Source: Macrostomum hystrix (taxonomy: Eukaryota > Animalia > Platyhelminthes). Taken from it: a DNA stretch of 64,000 nucleotides. Positions 50,701-62,537 of this stretch are shown in pieces (within the stretch, counting starts at the first letter, position 1; every line of letters starts with the position of its first letter). The position numbers were made by a program, and so were the translations under genes. The notes under the pieces were generated by a model. It was not told the origin of the DNA. It saw nothing but the letters and a program-made list of their open reading frames with translations, and did no database searches. The DNA lies in contig CATNEN010000001.1 of the NCBI GenBank assembly GCA_950097015.1, forward strand, positions 20,212,001 to 20,276,000, given 5' to 3'.

Positions 50701-52322
50701 TCTCATGATCTGGGTCATTCAGAGTCACAGATTCTCATGGTCTGGGTCATTCAGAGTCACAGATTCTCATGATCTGGGTCATTCAGAGTCACAGATTCTC
50801 ATGATCTGGGTCATTCAGAGTCACAGATTCTCATGATCTGGGTCATTCAGAGTCACAGATTCTCATGATCTGGGTCATTCAGAGTCACAGATTCTCATGG
50901 TCTAGGTCATTCAGAGTCACAGATTCTCATGATCTGGGTCATTCAGAGTCACAGATTCTCATGGTCTGGGTCATTCAGAGTCACAGATTCTCATGGTCTG
51001 GGTCATTCAGAGTCACAGATTCTCATGATCTAGGTCATTCAGAGTCACAGATTCTCATGATTTAGGTCATTCAGAGTCACAGATTCTCATGGTCTGGGTC
51101 ATTCAAAGTCACAGATTCTCATGGTCTGGGTCATTCAGAGTCACAGATTCTCATGATCTGGGTCATTCAGAGTCATGGGTTCTCATGATCTAGGTCATTC
51201 AGAGTCACAGATTCTCATGGTCTGGGTCATTCAGAGTCACAGATTCTCATGATCTAGGTCATTCAGAGTCACAGATTCTCATGATCTAGGTCATTCAGAG
51301 TCACAGATTCTCATGGTCTGGGTCATTCAGAGTCACAGATTCTCATGATCTAGGTCATTCAGAGTCACAGATTCTCATGATCTGGGTCATTCAGAGTCAC
51401 AGATTCTCATGATCTAGGTCATTTGGAGTCACAGATTCTCATGATCTAGGTCATTTGGAGTCACAGATTCTCATGTTCTGGGTCATTCAGAGTCACAGAT
51501 TCTCATGATCTGGGTCATTCAGAGTCACAGATTCTCATGGTCTGGGTCATTCAGAGTCACAGATTCTCATGATCTGGGTCATTCAGAGTCACAGATTCTC
51601 ATGGTCTAGGTCATTCAGAGTCACAGATTCTCATGATCTGGGTCATTCAGAGTCACAGATTCTCATGATCTGGGTCATTCAGAGTCACAGATTCTCATGG
51701 TCTGGGTCATTCAGAGTCACAGATTCTCATGATCTGGGTCATTCAGAGTCACAGATTCTCATGGTCTGGGTCATTCAGAGTCACAGATTCTCATGATCTG
51801 GGTCATTCAGAGTCATGGGTTCTCATGATCTAGGTCATTCAGAGTCACAGATTCTCATGGTCTGGGTCATTCAGAGTCACAGATTCTCATGGTCTGGGTC
51901 ATTCAGAGGCACAGATTCTCATGGTCTGGGTCATTCAGAGTGACAAATCCTCTAGCAATAAAACCTACTATCCACAATGCCTTCCAGTTACCAGGGCCAT
52001 AATAACCCTGCTTTGTCTTCATCTATTCATCTGTTTGTTAATGCTGGGCTTCATTGGTTACGCGCCCCTAGTAACCGCACGGCAACCGTCAGTGATTAAT
52101 GAAGAAGAAGCGAATGAAACCTTGGGCCTGCTAGTGACCATAGCCTGGCTGGTTGGTCATCTGATGCTGCTCGATTCAGCTGTTCAAACGGCCAGCATCA
52201 ATTTGAAACGGTGGATAGCAACTGTTGTCACCTGTCTACTGGCACTTGCTGCTCCGCCTGCCTTGGCCGGGTGTTTAGTTGCCACGGTGCACAGGCTAAC
52301 ACTGGATCACTGCACTGTGTGA
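47776..52322 (+). CDS. TMEM220: TMEM220-like membrane protein, ~209 aa. Exons 47776-47807, 48833-49034, 49115-49175, 51988-52322
   Basis: FWRTVNALSFLLFLTCTALQYNDPDPLAWA|PVYIIPGVL..SPRLL and EEEANETLGLLVTIAWL match the TMEM220 family; phases 2/0/1 are consistent and the total is 630 nt. Confidence 0.82.
47915..48735. repeat. 22-bp minisatellite (ACTCCCAAATCCTCAACATCTT) in TMEM220 intron 1
   Basis: About 37 copies. Confidence 0.95.
49176..51942. repeat. 32-bp minisatellite (GGGTCATTCAGAGTCACAGATTCTCATGATCT) filling TMEM220 intron 3, preceded by a related array
   Basis: About 80 copies; variant blocks recur at offset 800 (ATTTGGAGTC at 50621/51421; AGTCATGGGT at 50371/51171). Confidence 0.96.
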
Positions 52323-52534
52323 TGGAATTGGCAATGAAAACTTGACAATGTTTGCGTCGTTTTTTGTTGTGAATCTAAAATTTATATTTAAAAAGCGTTG
52401 TTGTCTATTACCATGGCGACGCAGTTTGATTTGTGTCTGCATTAGCATTTTATATTCCGGTGTTCAGTTGCATTCATTTTTTTTATTGTATCTGAGATGT
52501 TACAGAAGGAAGAATTGTATGATGAGAATAGCAA

Positions 52535-52800
52535 CAATAATAATTTATTACACCTGCCCCAATTGATGTGCAGCCGACTGCACTGTGCAGCCGACGCGCA
52601 ATAGTAGGACTGGGGAGACGCCACGCCTACCCTAAAGTACCCCAACTAATGCTGGTACCCATTTAACAGCTTGGTGAACTATAGCAATGCAGGGTTAAGT
52701 GACTTTGCTAAAGGACACAAATTGTTACAGTGGAGTCGAGAATCGAACCCTCGACTTTCAAGTCGTGCGTCCGACGCTCTAACCACTTGGCAACAACCCC
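52535..52800 (-). mobile_element. SINE family B copy
   Basis: Head (minus strand) GGGGTTGTTGCCAAGTGGTTAGAGCGTCGGACG..GGTTCGATTCTC followed by the CORE-like body. Confidence 0.8.
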
Positions 52801-52829
52801 CTTTATAAGAAAGAGAGGGTAGTAGGGTG

Positions 52830-53410
52830 AGAAGGAAAGGTAATAAGATGAGAAGGAGAGTGTAATCAGATGAGAAGGAGAGGTAATAAGATGAGAAGGA
52901 GAGGTAATAAGATGAGAAGGAGAGGTAATAAGATGAGAAGGAGAGGTAATATGATGAGAATGAGAGGTAATAAGATGAGAAGGAGAGGTAATAAGATGAG
53001 AATGAGAGGTAATAAGATGAGAAGGAGAGGTAATATGATGAGAAGGAGAGGTAATAAGATGAGAAGGAGATGGTAATAAGATTAAAATGATAGGGTAATA
53101 TAATGAGAAGGATAGGGTAATATAATGAGAAGGATAGGGTAATATAATCAGAAGGAGAGTGTAATATAATCAGAAGGAGAGGGTAATATAATCAGAAGGA
53201 GAGGGTAATATAATCAGAAGGAGAGGGTAATATAATCAGAAGGAGAGGGTAATATAATCAGAAGGAGAGGGTAATATAATCAGAAGGAGAGGGTAATATA
53301 ATCAGAAGGAGAGGGTAATATAATGAGAATGAGAGGGCAATATAATGAGAAGGAGATGGTAATATAATGAGACGGTTTAGGGTAATATGATGAGAAGGAG
53401 AGGGTAATGA
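52830..53410. repeat. 21-22-bp purine-rich minisatellite (GAGAAGGAGAGGTAATAAGAT)
   Basis: About 27 copies. Confidence 0.93.
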
Positions 53411-54154
53411 AGGTGAGAAGGAGCCGGTAATTTTAGATATTTAATCTACAAATCTCAAGATGATTGGCACAGTACGAGATGAAAACGCAATGCCCAGGTG
53501 ACCCTCGTAGATGAAAACACAGGGTATGGGAGCTTAGCGCGGGAATAGAAAGCGAATTGAACTTGCCATTCTAAACAGTTTTTTTCTCTTCTATTTTTTA
53601 TACCAAGCGGGACAGTGCTTCGCTAACTGAGGCAGATATTTGGGACAGAGTAGAGTGACAGACTGGAGTGACTCGAGTTGCTTTTCATGAGTTGATTCAA
53701 ATCCTGTCTTTTGTTATTTTAGGAAATCCCAGATTCCATCTAATTTGCCTATTTGTAGGGAGGGCAAAAATATTGTGAAATCTCAGCCAGTCAGTCAGGA
53801 AATTATTGTACGCAGTGATTTTTCTACTCGATTTATTTATTTCCTGACTGTACTACTCGTGAGTAGGCATTTGTGAGTTTAGCGTTCATATCATTTTAGA
53901 ACTTTTCAATAATTGAATCTTTGTGTACTAGCTACAATTTATTTCGTGCTTATTGCTTTGTTCGACCAATCAACCCCTTTTATACAAGCTGTTGTTGATG
54001 CTTTTTTCTCAGCTGGTTTTTCTTGTATTTGATTAGTTTTTCTTCGCGATCGAGTGCAATATACATTGAAATGAGAATTATACTGACTCCTCTTTTTTCA
54101 TTTCTTAATTAACTTCTTTCTAGTGTTTCTCCTTCCGTTTTATTCATCTTCTAA

Positions 54155-54460
54155 TAATTAATAATAATTGATTACACCTGCCCCAATCGGGTCAGATGTG
54201 CAGCCGACAGCACAGCCGCAGCTATTGCGCGGCGCATCTGAAGGCTGCGTACGGCTGTTCAGTCCATGGACTGGGGGGACGCCACACCCACCTTCAATTA
54301 TCCCAGCTGATGCTGGTACCCATTTAACAGCTGGGTGAACTGAAGCAATGCAGAGTTAAGTGTCTTGCTAAAGGACACAAATTGTTCCAGTGAAGACGGG
54401 AATCGAACCCCCGACCTTCAAGTCGTGAGTCCGACGCCCTAACCACTAGGCTACAACCTC
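54155..54460 (-). mobile_element. Near-complete SINE family B copy (tRNA-derived, CORE-like)
   Basis: Minus strand: GGTTGTAGCCTAGTGGTTAGGGCG (A-box), GGTTCGATTCCC (B-box), then GTGTCCTTTAGCAAGACACTTAACTCTGCATTGCTTCAGTTCACCCAGCTGTTAAATGGG, which resembles the MIR/CORE domain; TTA tail. Confidence 0.85.
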
Positions 54461-54509
54461 TCTTCCCTAATCTTCTAATAATCACAGTTAATAGACCCAC
54501 AGTATTCAT

Positions 54510-55012
54510 ATTTTCCTCACAGTCTTCCCATTCTCCCCTTACAGTCTTCCAATTCTCTCCCTTCACAGTCTTCCCATTCTCCCCTTACAGTCTTCCAATT
54601 CTCTCCCTTCACAGTCTTCCCATTCTCTCCCTTCACAGTCTTCCCATTCTCCCCTCACAGTCTTCCCATTCTCTCCCTTCATAGTCTTCCCATTCTCCCC
54701 TCACAGTCTTCCCATTCTCCCCTCACAGTCTTCCTATTCTCCCCTCACAGTCTTCATATTCTCCCCTCACAGTCTTCCTATTCTCCCCTCACAATCTTCC
54801 CATTCTCCCCTCACAGTCTTCCCATTCTCCCCTCACAGTCTTCCCATTCTCCCCTCACAGTCTTCCCATTCTTCCCTCACAGTCTTCCCATTCTCTCATT
54901 TCACAGTCTTACCTTTCTCTCCCTTCACAGTCTTTCCATTCTCTCCTTTCACAGTCTTCCCTTTCTCTCCCTTCACAGTCTTCCCTTTCCCCCTCACAAT
55001 GTTCCCATTCTC
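54510..55012. repeat. 22-24-bp minisatellite (TCACAGTCTTCCCATTCTCCCC)
   Basis: About 22 copies; reverse complement of the array at 56065-56300. Confidence 0.93.
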
Positions 55013-55190
55013 ACTAATCATCTTCCTATTCTTTACTATTTCCTACAAATAGTTACCTTCTCATTGATATACTTTATTTTACCTGCAAATTTCAGATTGG
55101 CCGAACTCCAATGCGGATGAGTTAAAGGCAGAGCTATCTGTTCTTTAAAACTTCTATTGAACAGAAATATTTGTTAGAGTGGAACTGGAA

Positions 55191-57021
55191 ATGCAGCCGC
55201 ACCTGCTGCTGCTGCTGTTGCCGCTGCTAGAGTCCCTATTGTTCGTGTCGTCCCTGACATCCAGCAGCTGTCAATCGGCCAAGCCGTGGTCCGAGTGGTC
55301 CGTCTGGACTCAGGAGTGCACTGGCCGTCTGGCCGAACAGTTTCCCGAGGAGGCCGCCGACCTGGCCTCGAAGGCTAGCGCGATATCGCAGTTCTCCACT
55401 CGTCAAAGAGACTGCCAGTGCGGCTCGGCTGGGAACTGTCCGACAGACAGGGAGGCGCAGCTGCGTTGGCGGCATCCGCCTCCGGCACAGCAGCACTACC
55501 TGGCCGTGAGCTGCGCTTGGTGCAACTGGGAGTCCTGGAGTCTGTGCTCAGATTGCACTCAGATTCGTAGACGCGACTGTCTATGTCGCAAGGACAATAG
55601 GTCTTTGTACGGCAGCGCCGATGCCAGGCGATGCTCGCTCGGCTGGGCTATCGAGGCCACTATGGAACGAAGAGAGGTTGGCAACTCAAGCGACGGTAAG
55701 CGACAATTTTGACTAGACAAATTAGATGACGAGTTATTTAGAAGCATAGTTACTCACGCCATTTACCCACACTATCAATCTCGAATTTCTAAGGCTACCG
55801 ACGACGTTATCCGCCTCCGTTGTCGCCAAATTCCAATGGTCGCGGCGGCGGATGGATTTTCGGCGATTTGACTTCCGCATTTCCTGACGTTTTCAAAGCC
55901 GTGTTCGTGCTAGTAGCCCTGGTCATTGCGCTGATCTCCTGCCGCGGACTGTGCATTCTGGTGCAGAGGTGAGCTGCAGTGTGAAACTGAGCCAGTGACA
56001 GTCAAACTGCGATTTCCGTGGAAGGGCTTTTGGTATAATAGCTAAAAACATAGCCCATTTTTCTCAAGACTGAAGGGAGAATGGGAAGACTGATTGGAGA
56101 ATGGGAAGACTGTGAAGGGAGAATGGGAAGACTGTGAAGGGAGAATGGGAAGACTGAAGGGAGAAAGGGAAGACTGTGAAGGGAGAATGGGAAGACTGAA
56201 GGGAGAAAGGGAAGACTGTGAAGGGAGAATGGGAAGACTGGGAAGGGAGAACGGGAAGACTGATGGGAGAATGGGAGGAGAGTAATTGAAGAATGGGAAG
56301 ACGAGGTAAGAGTGGGAGACATTACTGATAGGAGAAATGGTGGGATAAAGGATAAAGAGCTAGCCTTCTAACTTAGATGGCGAGTGGGAAAGTGGCCTGT
56401 CTCGCAAGGTCCTGAGCTCGTATCCACATCCTTGAGTCCACATAATTTTTTTGCCCTAGCCGCGGTAGCGAAGGCCAACCTCCAAGGTGAGAAAGTCGGA
56501 GCTGATGTACATCCCATTGTGTGAATGCATCTTCTACTAACAGTAGCCAAAAACACTCGAACTCTCTAAAAATGTTTCGCAGCCGATTCGGCGACTCTGG
56601 CAGCCTGGACAGCATCTACCGGCCGGGTCCCGGCGACGCCGAGCCCCAGGACGATCTGGAATCGTCGCGTCCCTTAGCCGTCGATGAGTCTTCCGTTGGC
56701 GTCGGCGACTCCTTTGATGACGTCGTGGAGATCCGGTCATCAGCTGACGGCAAGCGCAGCAGCCGGGCCAGCTACCCGGATCCGTTCACACCGTCGCATC
56801 CGCTGTCCGTTGTGCACGAGCCGCTTGAAGAAGTTGACGACGATGAGGACGACGACGAGGTGGCCGAAGCTTCAGCAGCCGCCGCTGAGCAGTCCACGGT
56901 GCCCAAACAGCGGCCGCAGCCACCGCCGCCCGGTGCCAGCTTCATCGTGGAAGCTGCTTTGGTGTCGGAACCCGGCCCAGCCTTTGCCGCTGCTCTTACT
57001 GGGGATTCAAAGATGAGCTGA
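55191..57021 (+). CDS. Type-I membrane protein with two TSP1-like modules, ~394 aa. Exons 55191-55695, 55794-55968, 56460-56486 (tentative microexon), 56544-57021
   Basis: Signal peptide; WSEWSVW..C..RQRDC and WCNWESWSLCS.C.QIRRRDC; TM segment VFKAVFVLVALVIALISC..; acidic low-complexity tail. Phases are consistent. Confidence 0.72.
56065..56300. repeat. Minisatellite GGGAGAATGGGAAGACTGTGAA in TSP1-gene intron 2 (inverse of the 54510 array)
   Basis: About 10 copies. Confidence 0.9.
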
Positions 57022-57094
57022 GTGAAACTTCCCACTGGCTCCAGTAGTATTTTAGAGATTTTCTTGAACTCACTGACTCTTCATTTCCTCCTAC

Positions 57095-57660
57095 TCCCCA
57101 ATTCTCCCCCTTTGCCCATCCAATTCTCCCCCTCATTGCCCATCCGATTCTCCCCCCTCATTGCCCATCCAATTCTCCCCCCTCATTGCCCATCCAATTC
57201 TCCCCCTCATGGGCCATGCAATTCTCCCCCCTCATTGCCCATCCAATTCTCCCCCTCATTGCCCATCCAATTCTCCCCCTCATTGCCCATCCAATTCTCC
57301 CCCCTCATTGCCCATCCAATTCTCCCCCTCATTGCCCATCCAATTCTCCCCCTCATTGCCCATCCAATTCTCCCCCCTCATTGCCCATCCAATTCTCCCC
57401 CTCATGGGCCATGCAATTCTCCCCCCTCATTGCCCATCCAATTCTCCCCCTCATTGCCCATCCAATTCTCCCCCTCATTGCCCATCCAATTCTCCCCGTC
57501 ATTGCCCATCCAATTCTCCCCCTCATGGGCCATGCAATTCTCCCCCCTCATTGCCCATCCAATTCTCCCCTCATGGGCCATGCAATTCTCCCCTCATGGG
57601 CCATGCAATTCTCCCCTCATGGGCCATGCAATTCTCCCCTCATGGGCCATGCAATTCTTT
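57095..57660. repeat. ~24-bp minisatellite (TTGCCCATCCAATTCTCCCCCTCA) 3' of the TSP1-gene stop
   Basis: About 23 copies. Confidence 0.94.
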
Positions 57661-59254
57661 CCATAGTAATTGTTATTCTACTTTAACCTGCTTCCTCAAT
57701 CTCTAGTTTTAGCAAAAATAAATTAACTATGCTAATAAAAATTGTCAAGCTTGCTTGGATTTTGCACGCATTCGTTAATAGAAAATTTCACAATCACCGC
57801 CCTATCCTACTCATGCTGCTTCTGCTGCTGCTGCTTCTGCCTCTGCTGGCTTATTATAGTCTGTGCAAATCACTTTAGTCAAGTTTGTCCTTCACCACAT
57901 TTTACCTATTATTTTTGTTACTTCAATTTATTTTACATTACCTAACAGCTAATCGATAACTGTTGGTTTTCCAGCTAACTCTCGTATTACGCAATGAGAT
58001 TATTATTATTATTATCATGTTTTACTCGTTCTCATTAAATAACGCACGAGTTTATTAAATTTTTTTCTTCAGTACTTCCTACTGAAATTGTATTCAATTT
58101 GATTTATTTCATGCATGTACGTCGCAAATCGAACCGGATTCTGATAGTCTTCGCTTTCCGACGCGTCTTATTTTGGTTAAATTATTAGATTAGAAATATA
58201 TAGTAGATAATATGTGGTCAGTTGGATGTACATCTGAGGGGTAGAGAGTAAAAATGAATGTACGTTTGGGGGCTTATATTGAAATATATGTACGTTTGGG
58301 GTAGAGAGTTTTAAGGGAATGTACATTCAGTAGTGTACGATGTACATCTGTGTATGTTCATATTGAACTGCATTATATTACTTTTTTTAATTGTCTCAGA
58401 GTTTTCAATCAGTGTTGCTTTGCTGCCAAAGTCTTTCAGGCTTCTCACTTTAGATTATTTAGATTATTTGGATTATTTTATTGATCGCTACTAAATTATA
58501 ATAAGAAATCTGCAAAATCTTTTCAATCTTGCTTTTTTATTCTGTTTTTTTCATGTTACTCAAAATTTAAAGAGTTTATTAAGCAGACAAAGAGTGTGTC
58601 TACAAGCAGCCTTCACATGAAGCCTGCACACGGCTAGCAACGAAATGTCAATTGCTTTTCATATCCTACAAATCTTGTACCTGAGCTTCACCATCTGAGT
58701 GTCTAGTCTGATTTAAATCGAATATTAATTCATTTGTTATTCTGCATCAAGCATCAAACCCTGTTTATGGCTCCACATGCCACAGGGCAGACAGGCATAA
58801 TTTTACGCTTTACCTCAATCGCTTTGATCTACTTGGCCTCAGCAACTGATGCCATTTTTGCCTTGTTTTCCATCCTATAGTCCAAGTACGATGCTCATAA
58901 TGTGTTTTTGTAGTCTATAAAGTTAAAAATAAAAATACACAATAGTTCTATACACATTTTTCTCTGCATAAGCAGCTTGCATGCACCAGCTTTGCTACGT
59001 ATGAGTCGTGCAATTTAAGTCGTTTTTCTAGCTTAAATATCTGCTTCAGTTTCTTTGTAGCCTTCAAAGCTTAGAATTTGGCGCACCTTAATAAAACCGT
59101 TTTTACTTTAAATATCATTATTAAACGTTAGACGGTTGCTCGTTGATGGTTTCAATGATTGCTACTGCCAGTAAAGCGGTACATAAATATATCACTTTAA
59201 AGCCCAGGCAACTTTGAAAAAAAAAGTAAATTAAAAACTGTGACTTACCGTTGT

Positions 59255-59640
59255 TAGAGATGTACATTTGAGGGACGAAAAGTTTTAGGGTTGGTAGAGA
59301 TGTACATTTGGGGGGACGAAAAGTTTTAGGGTTGGTAGAGATGTACATTTGAGGGACGAAATGTTTTAGGGTTGGTAGAGATGTACATTTGAGGGACGAA
59401 AAGTTTTAGGGTTGGTAGAGATGTACATTTGAGGGACGAAAAGTTTTAGGGTTGGTAGAGATGTACATTTGAGGGACGAAAAGTTTTAGGGTTGGTAGAG
59501 ATGTACATTTGAGGGACGAAAAGTTTTAGGGTTGGTAGAGATGTACATTTGAGGGACGAAAAGTTTTATGGTTGGTAGAGTTGTACATTTGAGGGACGAA
59601 GAGTTTTAGAATTAGCAGAGATTTATGAGTACATTTGAAG
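59255..59640. repeat. 40-bp minisatellite (AGAGATGTACATTTGAGGGACGAAAAGTTTTAGGGTTGGT)
   Basis: About 9 copies; degenerate relatives at ~58220-58350. Confidence 0.93.
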
Positions 59641-60422
59641 GACAAAGAGGAAGTCTAGAGAAGTTTTTACTTAAATTCTAAAGTTTGACATTCTTCCTAT
59701 AGATTCGAATCCTGTCAATTGAATAATAAGTTATCTTCCAGTCCAAACAAACTGCAACCATTTGCGCTCTCGAAGGTCAGTTTTTATCAACCGCTAACAT
59801 TTTGGAAGCTTAGGCAAGTGGCTTCAAGTTCCTCTGTACCCGCATCAGTTCGCATCTTGCCTGGCAACAGGGCTTCGATTGCGAGAAAACTGATCAGCAG
59901 CGTAAACAATCAACTGGGCTGCTGGCCCAACCCCACTTGCCCTGTGTTTAGGCTGCCGCATTGCCAAATATTTGGGACAAGGCAAACATTTGCGCGAAAT
60001 TCTATACCAATTACGGACATTCTTTATCTGTACGGTAATCCCACTCACTTATTTAGTTTATTCGAAGGCATTCAGTGTGCGAATTCCTCAGTTATATGCT
60101 AGTTTAACAAAAAAAACGATTAACGCACAAACCGGCTGCTGGTGCAATACGTGTCTGACGTCCAATTTTACTATGCTGTCTGTTTTTCTCCCAAATGTCA
60201 CACTAAAACTTAGCTAAATTCTAACTGTCACAGGATATATATGGGAATTGTTGAGTTTGACTTTATGACACCTGAAATTGCTGTGTCTGTGCTGTATTGT
60301 CTCTCTGTGTGTGTATTTGTGTTTCTGTATGTAGCACAAATACCATAAAGTAGCTATAATCTCCCATGTAGCTTTTATGAGACTGTGTTAGACTTTTAAA
60401 TATCCGATTGTTATCATACCAC

Positions 60423-60716
60423 TAATAATAATAATAGTAAATTTCAGGACGGCTGCGGGAAATATCCCCACAGCCAGCGAGGAGTCAATTTAGCCCATGT
60501 CGCTGACTCCTGAGCACACACTCACACAGGTATGTACATCTGTCCTGACTTTCTCATCGTCAGGCAGTGTGCACAGTCAGTGTGCCTTGGAGATTGGCCG
60601 TCAAGGGTGTCAATTGCACGAAAAGCCCCCAAGCCTGAATGTGGCCTCGCCGCGGAATCGAGCTCAGGGACCTCGGTGCGAGAGGCAAACGCGTTAGACC
60701 CCTCTGCCACTCACCT
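60423..60716 (-). mobile_element. Most complete SINE family A copy
   Basis: Minus-strand head GTGGCAGAGGGGTCTAACGCGTTTGCCTCTCGCACCGAGGTCCCTGAGCTCGATTCC (A/B boxes) and (TTA)n tail. Confidence 0.8.
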
Positions 60717-61512
60717 AACGTTATGAGCCACACAAGCGCAAGGATGCGAAACTGACATTTTAAGTGAAGACGCATGGCTCAAACCTCACGGCTTGCAAAA
60801 TCACCAGCCACAAAGGCTAAGGTGTAAATTTCGTTGCAATTTTAATATGATGTGTCATCGCATCGAAAAATACTTCAAAACATGTGCTGTACTAAAAAGT
60901 AAATTCCATTTCTGTACCAAAATTTCTATGTACATTGGGTGACTGGTTAAATGTGGGTATAAAAAAGACAAAGCAACAAAACAATTCACAAAATAATCAA
61001 AATGTGATAAACAGTATAACATTAGATTGGCGGCCTTTTGTTTAACAATCAAAATGTCAACAGCGTTTCATAAATTTTGTACTCCAGACTTCTGCTGCTA
61101 AAGGCAAATCATCGATTCAGATGTTTAATTTGGTTGAAATCTGGCCTTTCAAACGTCATTGGCTGAGGTCAGTCACGTGCTTTTTCGGTTTTGAGGGTAA
61201 TTTCTACTGCTTTTCTGAAAAACAACGAACAGCCTAAATCTCATTGGCTGGGATCGGTCACGTGATCTCACTTCATTGGCCAATCAAATTTCGAATGCAG
61301 CTTTTTGTTTTATCTTCTTTGTTATGAAGTTCTTGCAAATCATTTTCGGATTTTCGGTAGAAAATCAACTAAGAGCTGTACAGAATTGTGAATAAAATAT
61401 CAAACCAGAAATGAATTGATGGCAAAACAGTTTTTTCATTCAGATTAAAAGATATGTTGCAATGCAGTAGCTTGAGTATCCTCTCAATTGAGGTCTTTTG
61501 GATAGGCCAAGG

Positions 61513-61793
61513 TCACACAAAGCTAACCGTGGTGTATGGTGTTCTCAGCTTCTTGCCAACCGTGCCAGTCGACGAGGACAATTTTCTAGCCGACACGGGC
61601 GTCCCCGAGGAGCCGTCCGGGCCTCTGGCTGCGGGCTCTGCTGTCGCAAAGGCTTCCTCTTCGTTGAGCTCCTCTGCAGCTGCCTGAGCAGCTCTCGACA
61701 TGAGCTGCGAGTAGCCGCCCATTGTAGCCGCCTCGGTGTCGCCTGCAAAGCATTGTCGATTCTGGGGTCGAATCGTCTGATAGGACGACACCA

Positions 61794-61828
<35 letters not shown>

Positions 61829-62537
61829 GTGAAGTTGCTAACCAAATGACCACGCGACTGAGTGGCAAATAGCAGCTGCAACTCTGCCTGCTGCTGCTGC
61901 TGCTGCGGCTGCTTGAGCTGCTCCCGCCTGCCGTCGGGGTAGTTGTAGTAGCCAGGAGGGGGCGAAGAGTCCAAGCTCTGACGCCGGTGGGACCCGATGG
62001 CGAAGGCTGCGGCTGCTGCGGACTGCGGCTGTGCGATTGATTGAGTTTAGAATTCCATCAGCTTTGATGTCGCATATTCTCATAGTCCAATAGATGTCCC
62101 ATGGGGCTCTATGTCTGTCCCGAAATCATCCCAATAATTCTCCCTAAATCATCCTCATAATTCTCCCTAAATCATCCACCTTATTCTCCCTAAATCATCC
62201 TCATAATTCTCCCTAAATCATCCTCATAATTCTCCCTAAATCATCCTCATAATTCTCCCTAAATCATCCTCATAATTGTCCCGAAATCAACCAACGAGTC
62301 ATCTCATTATTATCTAAAAATTCGCCCAAACCAATCAACGAAATGACCCCAATTCTTTGCCCCAAACTGGATAAACTACGAGTATAATCTCAAACAGAAA
62401 CGTGATTGGCCAATTGCTTGTACACATCAGTCACAACTAGCTCACCGATTTAACCAGCAGGGTCCTGTCAACTCCGATCTGCTGGGGCAGTGAGATGTCC
62501 TTGCCTGACACAATGGCCTGGCGCAGCCGTTTGTCAG
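61513..62537 (-). CDS. 3' exons (62537-62446, 62028-61513) of an unidentified poly-Q/poly-A protein ending ..YTTVSFV*; 5' part upstream
   Basis: Strong acceptor CCTCCTCTCGCCCAG and donor TCG|GTGAGC; in-frame join ..LLVKS|PQSAAAAA..QQQ..; C-terminal class-I PDZ-binding-like SFV. An alternative frame is also open. Confidence 0.5.
62120..62290. repeat. 23-bp tandem repeat (CATAATTCTCCCTAAATCATCCT), intronic
   Basis: About 7 copies. Confidence 0.88.

Noticed and set aside
54380-54460. tRNA gene
   Set aside because: The tRNA-like head continues into a shared repeat body with a TTA tail in several diverged copies, so it is a SINE.
58600-59250. Exon-like minus-strand fragments with splice-like sites
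   Set aside because: Multiple stops and no recognisable protein; I cannot support a gene or pseudogene call.
59255-59640. Interstitial telomere (TTAGGG)
   Set aside because: Only one TTAGGG per 40-bp unit; not a telomeric tract.
61513-61560. Homeobox start (KKLRTPYTT resembles Msx RKPRTPFTT, followed by a possible GTTAGC donor)
   Set aside because: I found no downstream exon with LE..F or WFQNRR in the window; the frame ends naturally in VSFV*.
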